Source: a virus
Virus genome (UHGV): UHGV-0228215
Reading direction: 5' to 3' (one strand)
Length of the DNA stretch: 55,667 nucleotides
Under the pieces are notes generated by a model. That model was not told the DNA's origin. It saw only the letters and a program-made list of their open reading frames with translations, and searched no databases. The first letter of the stretch is position 1. Each line of letters opens with the position of its first letter. The position numbers were made by a program, and so were the translations under genes. Shown in pieces: positions 8,729-20,100 of the stretch.

Positions 8729-9598
8729 TTAGTACATTTCTATTCCGTAGATGGCGGGCTGTCGGACGACAAACTTCCCCGCCTTGGTGTCCCATACAAA
8801 GGTGTCCCCGTCGTGGAAGCGGGCGCTCTTAAGTGCCAGCAGCTGCTCGGGAGCAAAGTTGGAGATCAGCCGCCAGCCCCGCTCCCGGTCGTCCCAGTAG
8901 GCGAAGGTCTCCTTGTCCGTGACGAAGGCAAACCAGCCCCACTCGCCCCCCTCGGGGTAGCGGTCGTAGAGCTCAGCCACCGCACGGACGGGGGGCTTGA
9001 GGTAGGAGAGGACGGCGAAGCCCCGGAGATACTCCTCCTCCACGAAGAGAGGGGTGTGCTCCATATACTCCGCACGGCTCCGTGCTGAGGCTGCCTCCGC
9101 CGTCGTGTCGCCACAGGAGGACTTGCGGCACGGCAGGCAGGTGGATGGCTCACGCCTCTGCGCCGTGCAGCGTCCGCACGACCCGCTGTCCCTCCGGTGC
9201 CGCTCGTGGTAGCTCTTGTAGTGGCTCTCCTCCGGATCCTCGCACCGCTGCGGGGTGATGTAGGGGCGGTGATCCTTCCCCTCCTGCAGCTTGCAGTACA
9301 TGTAGGGGGAGATCTCGCCCGTGAGGATCGTCCGGGTGTCGTCGGGGCAGAAGTCGCTCGGGTCGGCGTGCCGCTCCTTGCAGCTGCATTTGCAGCTGCA
9401 CTTAGGCTCCTTCGGCTCCTCCTTTGGCTCCTCGGGAGGGGTGGCGGGGCAGGTGCCTGAGGGTATGGAGCTCTTACCCGTGCCACAGGTGGAGCAGCTG
9501 TTGTCCCACACCTTCGCCTTCTGCTCCTTGGGCTTATAGGGGTCGCCGTACTTCGGCTCCTCCTTCTTCCCCCCTCGTAGTATGTCTATTAGTCCCAT
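8729..9598 (-). CDS. Cys-rich structural protein (possible metal-binding / disulfide-rich tail protein)
   Basis: More than 20 Cys in the N-terminal 170 aa, including CSTCGTGK, CSCKCSCK and CGRCTAQ clusters. EEPKEEPKEPK repeat. Confidence 0.3.
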   Translation of the reverse strand: MGLIDILRGGKKEEPKYGDPYKPKEQKAKVWDNSCSTCGTGKSSIPSGTCPATPPEEPKEEPKEPKCSCKCSCKERHADPSDFCPDDTRTILTGEISPYMYCKLQEGKDHRPYITPQRCEDPEESHYKSYHERHRRDSGSCGRCTAQRREPSTCLPCRKSSCGDTTAEAASARSRAEYMEHTPLFVEEEYLRGFAVLSYLKPPVRAVAELYDRYPEGGEWGWFAFVTDKETFAYWDDRERGWRLISNFAPEQLLALKSARFHDGDTFVWDTKAGKFVVRQPAIYGIEMY

Positions 9599-9604
9599 AG
9601 GGTG

Positions 9605-10432
9605 TTACTGTTGTATCAGGGTGAGTACTTTCTCCTCCAGCCGCTTCGCCTGGTCTGCCTGCTCCATGGAGAGGCAGACGCGCGAGGCGGTGAGGTAGGT
9701 GAGCGGGAGGACGCACTCGTGCGTCACGGGGATCTCCTCCGGCATCGTGAGGAGGTCGGGGATGTAGCTCGCCTCCGTCACGTTGTGCCTGTCGGGGTGC
9801 TGTCCTGGTGTGACGCTGTAGTAGCGTAGGACGTACCCCTTGCGTGTCGTCCAGGCGTTGAGCTCCGGCAGCTGCCCCTCCTCGGCGGGCGGGTAGGTAT
9901 AGAGATCGTCCGTTTCCAGCACCACGACAGGACGCCACGGCGTGCCTCTCGTGTAGGGGTTGCTCTGCAGTGCCGCCACGTGGTCGTCCGCCTCGAGGCA
10001 GACGTGCGCCGGCACCCGCCACTCACGTAGGCGGAAGCGGTAGAGCCTGAGGAAGTTCTCCGGGAGGATCACATATCCCGTCCCGTCGTCCATAGACCGG
10101 AGCTGTCCCGTCTCCACCCTTACCCTCGCCTCGGCGATGCCGCTCTCCTCGTCGTAGGAGGTATCGGTGACGTGCCACTGGCTGTCGGGGAGTGTCGGGA
10201 GGTCGAAGCCTCCGTACTCGTCCGTCCGGACGACCACGTCCCAGCCCTTGGTGAGAGGGATCGGGACAGGATTAAACCACCGTGCCGTCCACGACGTCGC
10301 CGCCGTGCGCCACGCCCCGGGGAAGAGCTCCTCGACGTAGCGGGGCGTGAGGGACGGGTCGTAGGAGTAGTCGCGCTCAATGTCATTGAGCACCGCCATG
10401 ACCCTCCGGATGAAGTCGTCTCGCCCGATCAT
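9605..10432 (-). CDS. Hypothetical virion protein
   Basis: ORF with verified frame continuity, in the structural operon between capsid and fibre genes. No recognisable motifs. Confidence 0.3.
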   Translation of the reverse strand: MIGRDDFIRRVMAVLNDIERDYSYDPSLTPRYVEELFPGAWRTAATSWTARWFNPVPIPLTKGWDVVVRTDEYGGFDLPTLPDSQWHVTDTSYDEESGIAEARVRVETGQLRSMDDGTGYVILPENFLRLYRFRLREWRVPAHVCLEADDHVAALQSNPYTRGTPWRPVVVLETDDLYTYPPAEEGQLPELNAWTTRKGYVLRYYSVTPGQHPDRHNVTEASYIPDLLTMPEEIPVTHECVLPLTYLTASRVCLSMEQADQAKRLEEKVLTLIQQ

Positions 10433-10441
10433 CGCCTTTCC

Positions 10442-10840
10442 TTATGCCAGTCCGGGGAAGCGCACGCCGTACTCGCTCGCTACCCGCTTCGTCTCCTCGG
10501 CGTTGGGCATGCGGGAGTAGGGGACACCGAAGTCCGCCGAGAGGATCTTCTTCGCCTCCGCCACCGTGGTGACGTCGGGGTACTCTCTCGCCTGTCCCTC
10601 CTCCTCATACTGCTGGTCGCTGAGGGGGACGGTGTCGCCGTAGCAGCTGATCAGCCCCCGGCGGAAGAGGTCGCTCGTCTCGATAGCCATAGCCACCGCC
10701 TCGTCCTGCGTGTCGTATGTGGCATCGGCATTGTCCCAGCCGCTCTTGCGGAAGGTGATGAACTTTCGTGTCCCATTGATCGACACGGGGACGGTATTCT
10801 CATTGCCACCGCCCTTGATGCTGTATTGTCTGTAAGCCAT
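10442..10840 (-). CDS. Hypothetical small virion protein (head-proximal)
   Basis: Immediately downstream of the putative major capsid gene. Confidence 0.3.
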   Translation of the reverse strand: MAYRQYSIKGGGNENTVPVSINGTRKFITFRKSGWDNADATYDTQDEAVAMAIETSDLFRRGLISCYGDTVPLSDQQYEEEGQAREYPDVTTVAEAKKILSADFGVPYSRMPNAEETKRVASEYGVRFPGLA

Positions 10841-10931
10841 TTCTCTAAGTAAAATAAGGGCGGGAGACTGAGAGGCACGCGCCTCCGAGCCTCCCGCCGT
10901 GTGTTCAGTTATCCGTAGTTACGCTCTCGCG

Positions 10932-12338
10932 TCAGGGTGCGGGCGTCTCCTTAGTGGAGGGGTCATTGATCTGACCGAGGTGGGTCTTGTCGTAGAGACC
11001 GCTGTCCTTGGGGAACTCCTCGTACATGTAGCCGCAGCGGCCATTGAGCTTGGGAGCACTGGTCTCGTAGACGTCCTGCTCGCTCTCGAGCTTGATGCGG
11101 CAGTGAGCGTTCGCATTCTTAAGCACGTAGCAGAAGGTGTCGATGAAGACCTGCGAGCGGCTGTCGCTCTCTCCGTTGCGGAGGTTATCGAGGGCGATAC
11201 TGCGCCAGGGATGGCAGTACTTGTAGAGATACTCCTCGTCGATCACGAGACCGTAGCCCGCCATATCGAGGTCGTCAAACGCCGGCTCATTCAGGAGAAG
11301 GAGGGTATATTGTCCATAGATGATGGAGGAGAAGTCCAGCCCGAGAGCCTGCTTCTGCTTGCCAGGGAAGATCACCTGATTGTACTCGATCTTGTGGATC
11401 GCCTCCATAAGGTCGCTTCCGAGGAGAGCGATCTTGGTGTTGGAGGAGTTGTTCCCGGTGAAGATGTTCTTCATCATCGTAATGAGGTCGCCCGCCTTCA
11501 TCTGATCGGGACAGGTGAAGTCACGCCCAGCCTGCCAGAAGATACCCTCCTGGAAGTAGGTCTCCTCGGGCTTCTCCTGATTGTACTTATTGGGCACCTT
11601 GATCTTGCGACGTGTACCGAGGAGGATGTCCGTCTCGGTGGTGCGCTTGTGCTCAGCGATGGCAAACTCAGTCTGGTCTGAGCGGTTCCACTTGACATCG
11701 GCGTTTGCCTGCGCCCAGCGGAAGAAGGTGGTCTCCTCGGTCTCGATGAGCATCTTCTGCATGTAGTTGCTCCTCTGCACGGGGAGAGCCATCAGCGGGG
11801 CGGTGCGGGACTGCTTCTCACTACCGGTGCGGGCACCGCGGATCACCTTGGTACCTGCCGGTACCTGCTCGAAGGTGTTGTGCTGTCCCTTGCCGTTGAC
11901 GGGCGAGATGATCAGCGTGCCGTCGCTCTTGCGGTCGCGGACGTACGCCTGCAGCCAGTTGCACTTCGTCACGCCATCCTCGAGGTAGCCGGGGACGCCC
12001 TTGAAGATCAGGGTCTCATTGGTCGCAATGAGGTCGGGGTTCTCCACCTGCAGCTCAGCGACACGGTCGCTGGTGGTGCAGGTCATGGTCTTCACCTTGG
12101 TGACAAGGGGGAGCATCTGGATCTCGTCGTAGTAGATCTCAGGGGATGTCTGTCCCTCCTTGACGCGCTTAGCGTGGCGTGAGCCGAGGGTGTAGAGCGG
12201 GGTCAGGTGGGGGCGGATCCTGATCACCTCACGGTCGATCACCGCCTTTACCACCTCAGGGGCGTGCTCGTTGGCAGCCTCCAGTGAGACTGCCTCGCCC
12301 TCCGCAAAGATCACATTGTTGTTTAAGTTCTCTGCCAT
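10932..12338 (-). CDS. Putative major capsid protein
   Basis: 468-aa protein directly downstream of an acidic helical scaffold-like gene (canonical scaffold-then-capsid order). ATG at 12336-12338 verified. No motif-level confirmation possible by eye. Confidence 0.5.
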   Translation of the reverse strand: MAENLNNNVIFAEGEAVSLEAANEHAPEVVKAVIDREVIRIRPHLTPLYTLGSRHAKRVKEGQTSPEIYYDEIQMLPLVTKVKTMTCTTSDRVAELQVENPDLIATNETLIFKGVPGYLEDGVTKCNWLQAYVRDRKSDGTLIISPVNGKGQHNTFEQVPAGTKVIRGARTGSEKQSRTAPLMALPVQRSNYMQKMLIETEETTFFRWAQANADVKWNRSDQTEFAIAEHKRTTETDILLGTRRKIKVPNKYNQEKPEETYFQEGIFWQAGRDFTCPDQMKAGDLITMMKNIFTGNNSSNTKIALLGSDLMEAIHKIEYNQVIFPGKQKQALGLDFSSIIYGQYTLLLLNEPAFDDLDMAGYGLVIDEEYLYKYCHPWRSIALDNLRNGESDSRSQVFIDTFCYVLKNANAHCRIKLESEQDVYETSAPKLNGRCGYMYEEFPKDSGLYDKTHLGQINDPSTKETPAP

Positions 12339-12367
12339 AGTGTGTTTTTCTTATGTATTGAGTTTTA

Positions 12368-13249
12368 TTAGTCCTTGTCCTGAAGCATATCAGAGATATT
12401 ACTCTGCTTAGGCTCGTAGTAGTAGCGGGGACTCTTCTCGCCTCCCTTAGGGAGACTGCGGTCTGCCGTTACGTCAGGCATCGTTGCCTCCTTCTCTGCC
12501 TGCCTGTTCTTGATGTCGTCGATGGCGGCATTGCGTCCCGCCAGCTTGGCGGCATCGAGGTCTGTCTCCTTGTCCGCGTCGTAGGTGAGAGCCTTGTGGA
12601 AGAAGTCTATCGTCGCCTCGTCGATACGCCCCTCCGAGAGGTCGGTCGCAAAGCCGATGATCGCATTGTGGATCTCGTCCTTCTCCTCCTCAGAGAGACC
12701 GCCCTTAGTGGCGTAGTCGTCCAGCGTCTTAGAGTAGGTCTCGAAGTTTCCCCTCACCTCGTCGTAGCGACCCTGACGCTCCTTCGCCCCCTCCTCGATC
12801 TTCCGGATGCTCTCCTCGTCGATCATATCTCTGAGGTCTCCGAAGGACTGACCGATGGCGACCATGGGATCCTCGCCACGGCTGATACGGGCGATGAACT
12901 CTGCGACGGGAGGGTTCTCCCGGATGGCGTCAATGAGCTTCTGGTTGCTCTCGTTGAAGGCATCGTAGCGACCCTTGTAGTCGTCACGCTCCTTGATCGC
13001 ACTCACCGCATAGTCGGCGAGGGTGTCATCGTCAGGCTCCCCCTCGACGTCGGCGTTTGCTTTCTTGTAGCTGTCCAGCAGCCCGGCTCGCCCTCTGAGC
13101 GGCTCGGCTGCCTCTTTCACCTCCTCCGTCTTCTCCGCGTCAGTGGTCTGACCCTCGTCGGGGAGAGGTGCGGTGGGAGCAGAGAGCGTCACCTCACGTG
13201 GCGTCTCATTCATCTCCTCCGTGGGCATCTCTTTCTTACTTTCATCCAT
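12368..13249 (-). CDS. Putative scaffolding protein
   Basis: Highly acidic, predicted all-helical 293-aa protein (E/D/K-rich) immediately upstream of the capsid candidate. Confidence 0.5.
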   Translation of the reverse strand: MDESKKEMPTEEMNETPREVTLSAPTAPLPDEGQTTDAEKTEEVKEAAEPLRGRAGLLDSYKKANADVEGEPDDDTLADYAVSAIKERDDYKGRYDAFNESNQKLIDAIRENPPVAEFIARISRGEDPMVAIGQSFGDLRDMIDEESIRKIEEGAKERQGRYDEVRGNFETYSKTLDDYATKGGLSEEEKDEIHNAIIGFATDLSEGRIDEATIDFFHKALTYDADKETDLDAAKLAGRNAAIDDIKNRQAEKEATMPDVTADRSLPKGGEKSPRYYYEPKQSNISDMLQDKD

Positions 13250-13411
13250 CTGTGTTTCTCGTTATGGAGCCTTGCGGGCTCGGTGTTTCTATATCGTTGC
13301 CACAAAATAAACCATACACACCCGCTGTTTTTGCCCGCCACTGCACCACTGCTGCGCCGCTCGCCCTTTTTCTGTATCTTTGAGTATCAAACTCATAAAG
13401 GACCACTCCGT

Positions 13412-13690
13412 ATGCGCGCAAGACTACTCACTGCATCACTCGCTTTGCTCTTTCCTCTGCTTGGAAACTCTACCGCCTCTTCCGGATCTAAGGTCTGGAT
13501 CTGTACCGGCTCTTCGTCCAAGACGTACCACCTCTATAAGGACTGCTCCGGTCTGGGCAACTGCAAGGCAAGGAAGGTCTCCGTCACCGTGGAGAAGGCT
13601 CGGGAGATGAAGAGACGCCCCTGCAAGAAGTGTCTGAAGAAGAAACAGCGGCAGAGCCTTACGACTACCGATGAGAGACAAAGAGCATAA
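13412..13690 (+). CDS. Secreted small Cys protein with Ada-like zinc-ribbon motif
   Basis: Signal-peptide-like N-terminus MRARLLTASLALLFPLLGNSTA. KTYHLYKDCSGLGNCKARKVSVTVEKAREMKRRPCKKC resembles the Ada metal-binding domain pattern (YH..C...C...EA...G.RPCK.C). This is the C-terminal part of a longer spurious ORF that runs antisense to the scaffold gene. Confidence 0.45.
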   Translation: MRARLLTASLALLFPLLGNSTASSGSKVWICTGSSSKTYHLYKDCSGLGNCKARKVSVTVEKAREMKRRPCKKCLKKKQRQSLTTTDERQRA

Positions 13691-14054
13691 GTACCGCCAC
13701 ATCTACCGCCTCTACAAGCAGGGACTCACCTACAGACAGATCGCACGGCGGGAGATCCCGGACGACCTCTCCGTGAAGACCGTCCGTAACATCATCTACC
13801 ACCTCAGGGCGCACCCCGAGGAGCTTGGCACGGCACTCCCGAGACACAAGGCTCTCTTCGCTCTCTACGAAGAAGCTCTCTTGCAGGGGATGAAACCCTC
13901 CAAGGCGATCCTCTACGCTCACGACAACCAGCCCGACGTGCACGTCTGCCTACGGACGATCAGTGCCGCCGTCTCTCGCGAGGAGGGGAGACGCAAGCGC
14001 AAGGACGCCGCACTCTACAGTCGCGCTCACTGCGATCCCGTCATCGGGGAGTAA
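13671..14054 (+). CDS. Small HTH protein (sigma-70 region-4 / LuxR-like helix-turn-helix)
   Basis: YRLYKQGLTYRQIARREIPDDLSVKTVRNIIYHL is a classic recognition-helix pattern. Plus-strand insert inside the late minus-strand operon. Confidence 0.5.
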   Translation: MRDKEHKYRHIYRLYKQGLTYRQIARREIPDDLSVKTVRNIIYHLRAHPEELGTALPRHKALFALYEEALLQGMKPSKAILYAHDNQPDVHVCLRTISAAVSREEGRRKRKDAALYSRAHCDPVIGE

Positions 14055-14056
14055 AG

Positions 14057-14110
14057 ACGGCAGTCGCTGCAAGACCTTACGATCTTACAGCGACTGCCTC
14101 TCCTTACTCT
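14057..14110. terminator. Bidirectional hairpin terminator between convergent genes
   Basis: 11-bp perfect stem GGCAGTCGCTG (14059-14069) pairing with CAGCGACTGCC (14088-14098). Lies between the plus-strand HTH gene and the 3' end of the giant minus-strand gene. Confidence 0.6.
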
Positions 14111-14117
14111 CGGAGCC

Positions 14118-17100
14118 TTACCTCAGCTCCCGGAATTGCTCTGTCAGGCGATCTATCGTCGGGGCGACCTCCTCTTTCGTCACCGTCCCCTTGTCGATCT
14201 GTTTCAGTAGCGCCTTCGTCTCCAGCCACGTGACGTAGAGCTTCTCGTCCTTGGTTCCATCCTCCCAGATCTTCTCCGTGAGTTGCTCTCCGGTCATCCG
14301 AGGTGCCAGCTCACTGGCACGCCTCGTCATCTCCTTGTACCGCTTGAGATCCTTTCCCTCCTTAGCCTTCCGCAGGTTGCTCATCGTCTGCTGTCGGCTC
14401 CGGTAGAAGTCCATAAGCTTCCAGTAGCTCCGATCGCTATCAGAGTAGTCTTTCTCCTGCTTAGTTAGGACGTTGACGATCTGTAGCTTTCTAAGCTCCG
14501 ACAGGTCTCCACTGGAAACGGCAGAGACACTCGTGGCAACATCCGCCAGTGTCTTCCCTACACCTGTAGTATAGCCCTCAAAGACGTGCTCGATCACGCT
14601 CGGGTTAAGCCACTTATCATCGGGGAGAATTTTGGTCCCGTCTCGGCTCATCCGATCGTTTCTCTCAAGCGATCCGCCCATAGCGTACCAAGCAGCATCT
14701 GAAATATCTCTGTAGATCTGCTTCGTCCGTTTCTTCCCGAGCGTCCTCTGAGCGATCTGTCCCTCCTGGCTCTTGACGAATGGTTCGTGGTAGACAGGAT
14801 TGCCCATAAAATTCATATTGAGGCGCACGTCTGCGACTGGCTGTATAGCAGTAGGCATTATGTCACGGACTACCTTAGTGGTATTGAGCTCTACGTTCCC
14901 CGTCACATCGTCCCACTCAACGATATTAGAGAGAGAAGCGGCTTCGTTAGGCAGTAGCTCACCTATGAGGTATTGCATTCCGTCAATGACACTTCCTTGC
15001 CAGTCTTTCTTCCCGGCTAATGCAAGAGCCATCTGTACACCTGTCCCCCAGAAGCCACGGAAGCCCTGCGGGAGTGGTATCTTGACGTCTCCGATACAGA
15101 GGTTGGTCATCATCTCCCACTCTGTGAAGGCACGCTCGTCATCCTTGTCCGGAGCTCCAAGAGCGTAGAGCAGTCCTTGCGCAAGACCACCGGCAAAGAG
15201 CGTCCCGCACCATACAGCAGCAGGCTTTCCGAGGCGGACGATCTTATTCGTTCCTTGAATGCTGGCGTTCCAGAATCCGAAGAGGGATCCGAAGACACCG
15301 GCAAGTGTTCCCTTACGATTAAAGTTTACCGTCAGCTCCTTGGCGTGCTTGGCTGCCTCTTTGCTCGAGTAACCACGCTCTCGGCTGGTGACATACTCAG
15401 CGAAGCGGGTGTTAAGCTCGCTCGCCTCTGTGAGCATACCTATGCCCTGCTTGAGTCCAAAAGCATTCGCTACGCCGTACTTGCCATTGACAAACTTCTG
15501 TTTTAGGCTCGGGTCGCTCATCTCCTTCATCGTCTGACGTATCTTGACGACATCGGGGAGGAAGCTCCATCCGGTGGCGGCACCCTCATCGAAGAATTCC
15601 TTTAGGTAGGTGCCATACTTCCCCGACGGATAGGTGCCATCGCTATAAGCGTCACTCATCGCATACTTCAGCACAGTCTTCTGCACCTTGGCGTAGTTCG
15701 CCATGAAGTCTCTCTGATAAGCCCACCCAAAGTCTGAGACGTTACTGATCAATGCCGTACCATAGTCACGCAAGGCATTAGTAACTGCGAAGTTAGGGTT
15801 GTATTGCGTCATCAGCGCAGACATGAAGCGGGTGGCTTTAGAGACGAAGTTAATCGCTCCCGCTTTTTCAATATAGCGTCCGACGCTTCGGTAAAACCTC
15901 GTGTCTTGATCCATAGAGGGGCGCCCATTTAGAACATCAGCCACCAGCTCACCGCGATACTGAGGGGAGAAGTGGATCTGTTGCTCCACACCATCTTTAT
16001 AGACCTTGACCGTGCGCCGTGACGTCTCTTCCTGCTCCCTTGAGTCTCCTCTTAGTGGGGTTGGATCTCTATAGAGGATCTCAATGGAGTTATTTAGATC
16101 GCTGATCTTGTTGCTGATCTCTTTGCTCTTAATCCCATAGACATAGTCTGCTGTCTCTCCCTTGTCGTGCGACTGATCAAGGCGCTTTTGCTCCATACGT
16201 AGTTTTGCAACCTGCCGTCTGACGTCTGCATCGTGGCGAAGCTCCTCTATGGTCGGTGCTTGCTTGGAGGGCATATATATCGGATTACCCTTCTCGTCTA
16301 CTCCGGACTTCCGGTAATAGGTCTCACCGATCTCAAGGACACCCCTCCGAGCAAGTTCCTGCTGGTGCTGTGTCACCCATTCGTAGAGGTGCAGCAGATC
16401 CTGATTACGTACGACACGCATAACGGTGGTATTCATAATCGCCTGCATATAGGCGATAGGATCTCCAGACAGGCTCTGTCGCCCCTCTGCCGTCATCTCC
16501 ACTCGCTCGTATGCATTGCGGTCGCTCTCCTCCGTTATCTTAAAGCCACGCTGAGGAGCGTAGTATCTCCGCGGACTTTGCGTGAGGCTGCGATACTGAT
16601 CGTCTGTCATCAGTCCGGCACCGTGCAGTCGGTCTATAGACCAGCGGGACATCTTTCTCATATTGTCACAGAGTACCTCGGCATTGGCTTTGCCTACCGA
16701 TGCCTCAAAGGACGCTATGTAGGCTTCCGGGGTGATATGGTTACTTGACTTGCCAAATTCCGTAACCACCTTCTCGAAGCCTTCTCGTCCACGACTGACC
16801 AGCCCGAGTTGCTCGCACTCTACGATATCCTTTGCCTGGAAGTAAAGAGATACCTTGTCGTATCCGTCTGCACGCTTAATCGTTTTCGTTTCGTTCGTGT
16901 CCTCATCAGTAAAGGTATAGGAGACATCCATCACCTTGTCTAATAGCTTCTGCTCACGTAGGTCACGTATGCGATCCGTCAGTTTAGTTACAAGCGGCTC
17001 TACCTCCTGTTTACGTATGTTCAGCTCTCGAGACGATTGCGTCATCATATCCTGATAGATATTCTGTTCCGGCGTCATCCCTATACCCATTCGCTCCATC

Positions 17101-20100
17101 TCTTTGCAGAAAAGCTCTACTGGGCGGGCGCTGTCTACCATATACCTGATGAAGCGCCCCTTCGTGGTGACTAAGGCATCCATACGCTTCATAGAGCTAC
17201 TGAGGTAGTCTCTGTAGTTCCTATTGTACTCGTGCTGGAGCTGTGCTACCTCGTACAGGCTCATTCCGTCCGTGATCCTTGGGGGCTGTGGAGCCCTTAG
17301 GTTCTCCTTGTGCGCTCCCGTGCGGAAGCGCACGCGTGGGTCGGCGTAGTGCCGGCTCATCGTCTCGGCATACTCAGCCACAGACTGAGTGGGGCGTTTT
17401 TCAGGAGTTGCGGGAGCAGAGGGGAGTTCCAGCAGGTCTGCCGTACTCTTCCCCGTCAGGTCCTCCGAGCTGTACCACTCCCCGTCCCACTGAGGATTGA
17501 TCGGGTCGGTCATACTCTTCGGGTCGGTCCGCTCAGTCCTCCTGAATCGAATGTGTTCAGTGATCTTAGCGTCTTTCTCGTTGAAGATCACATAGCACTC
17601 CCCGTCACGTCGTCCGTTATAGTGTATGCCGACGAAGCCGGCTTCATTAAGCATTTCACTTGTCCACTGAGCCGCTTGCGAGGGGCTGTCTGTATACTCT
17701 TTAAGGAGGTAGTCGGACAGAACTTTGTAGAGACTGCCACCTGAGAGAGTATTCCACTCCGGGTAGTTATTTGCGAAGTCTGAGTAGAAGCTTTCGTCAT
17801 ATTCGCTGCCGGATTTCTCCTCCATGGTCCGCTTTATGGCTGATGCCTGTTTCTCGGATAGTGGAGCATCCTCTTCAAGATAGTTGCTGTCGGAAGGATT
17901 AGGGATCTCCACAACGTATTTGTTGTGAAATGGTCTCACATCTTCCTCGATCCTATTCTTGTAGAAATCCACAAAGTCATCCCACCTTGTGTTAGCGTCT
18001 TCCTGGCTATCATATAGCTCATCAAATGCACTTCTGTCGCTATAGAGACGTTCAAGCGGTGAGATAAAAGTGTTTCCGACATCTCCTTCGCCGTCGTTAT
18101 AGAGGTCAAGGATCATCTCTGCCCAACGCTTCTGTTCGTCAGTATATCGAGACAGGTCATCCTTGGGGATCGTCATTTCAGGCATTTCCTCATAAGGGAT
18201 GAGCTGCTCTGTCTGACCATATCCCTCCAGATCCTTCACGCTAAAGTAACTTCCCCAGCCGTGCGCCTGAAAGCCCTCTCCACTGCCCATAAAGCGGTGG
18301 TCGAAGCCAAGACGCTCTCCCGTCTCAGGGTCGACGAAGGACCCATCCGCTTTCTTCAAGAGGTGGGGGCTGTTATGGTACACCCGCTTAAAGCGAAGCA
18401 CGTCGTCTATCGTGGTGTTCTTCGGCGTGGCGTTCCGCACAAAGTCGATCGCCGCCTCTGCTGCGCTGGATACGTCTCCGGATTGCTCAGCTCTGCGAAA
18501 GCGGACGTCTGCTCTGGGAACTGCATTCTTCGGATCCGTGAGCATAACGTGATGAGCCAATGTTGCCTCTGGGTTCTCTGTCTGTGTTAGACCAAGAGCC
18601 TTCCATTCACCAAAGTCAAGACGGTAGTACACATTCGAACCATCCGTTTCAACCAAGTCGATGCTTACCTCTTTTGCTCCAAGGGCATACCCCGCTTCGA
18701 GCATACTCTTCAACGAATGCCCACGGATGGTGATGAGGTTCATCCTATGGGTCTTATTGTCAAAGGGAGTGGCTCCGTTGGGAAATGGATCGGGATCCTC
18801 TACCAACAACCTCTCCCCGACCTCTACCCCATAGGGGTAAAAAACCGGCTTCCCATTTTTGCGAGGTCTCGCATATGGGGTCTCCTTAGACAGTTTATCG
18901 TACAGCTCTTCTATCGGCAGGTTACGGATGGACCTAATTTCATTACCGGATGAATATGCTATGTCTGTCAAGCGACTAACGTCATATAGGGGGTCTTCTC
19001 CTACCTCTTTTGTCTGTATTGAGACGTTAGAGTTATGGGCTGCATTTGGAGTTTTCCTGACGAAAAATTCAGACCCGTTAGAATACCACTCCAATCCCTT
19101 ATCGGCATTTCTATGCACGATAGAATACTCTCTGTCCAGATCATCTGTGAATCTATTCCTGTCGGTGTCGTAATAGTCAAGCTTTATCTTTTCATAGAGT
19201 GGCATAAAAGCCTTGACGTACTCATCCCCCTCTTGCTGGAATTGCTCAAACCTTGCCGCTAAGATGTTTTTACGTGGGCGCTTAGCCTTCTTGATATCCT
19301 TGACACCTGGCGTCTCTTCTACAGCTGGTTTAGCGATAGGGACAACTCTCGTGACATCTGTTTTGGAGACCTTGTCGTACCAATCCATGTCGCCGGTGTA
19401 CTTGTACAACGACGGGAGATCCCTTGCTCCATTGTAGAATGATTTGAGGTACGGGCGGACACGATCGCCCATATCAGTTACCATTGCATCTATGAAGGCT
19501 CGGAATGATCTCGATCCAGCCTCGATATGGAACGTAGCGAGCTGGCGACCAATAGACATAAAGTCCACGTCACTTAGAGAGGCATTTTCGTCTGCTATCC
19601 TATCGATGAGATCGATATATTCATCCCTTGTGATTATAGTGTTGTTCGCCCCATAGTCGTCTGTCCCAGAGCGGAATCGATAGCCATCATCTTCATCATC
19701 GGTGCCGTCTTCCTCTGTTTCTGAGAAGTCTATAGTCTCCTCATCACTATCAAGGGTTGCATACTTCTCCTCCTTCGCTCTCAGCTCCTCATCCATCTGC
19801 TTGGTGAGCTCAGCCACTCGGCGCTCTGTCTCCTGCAATTCCTTCTCTTCGGGGAATACCCGATTGCTTGCAAGTCGCTCTTCTGCGTACTTCTTCTCCG
19901 CTTCCTTTTGGGTTACCCTATCCGTGAGAGCATTAAGCTGTCTCTCGCTCTGTTCTCCAGAGATGATATCATTGATGACCTTCTCAAAAGCATTAGGGAT
20001 TGATACTGTCCCGTCGATTGTCTTCCTGGATATGCCAAGGTCGGGACACTCAAATTGTACGCTCTTCAGTAGAGAGACCTTCGCATATCCAGCGTCATCC

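Noticed and set aside
12596-13690. 364-aa plus-strand ORF spanning the scaffold gene
   Set aside because: Its 5' 270 codons are antisense to the scaffold gene and low-complexity. Only the C-terminal 92 codons (13412-13690), which lie in intergenic DNA and have a signal peptide and Cys motif, were kept.
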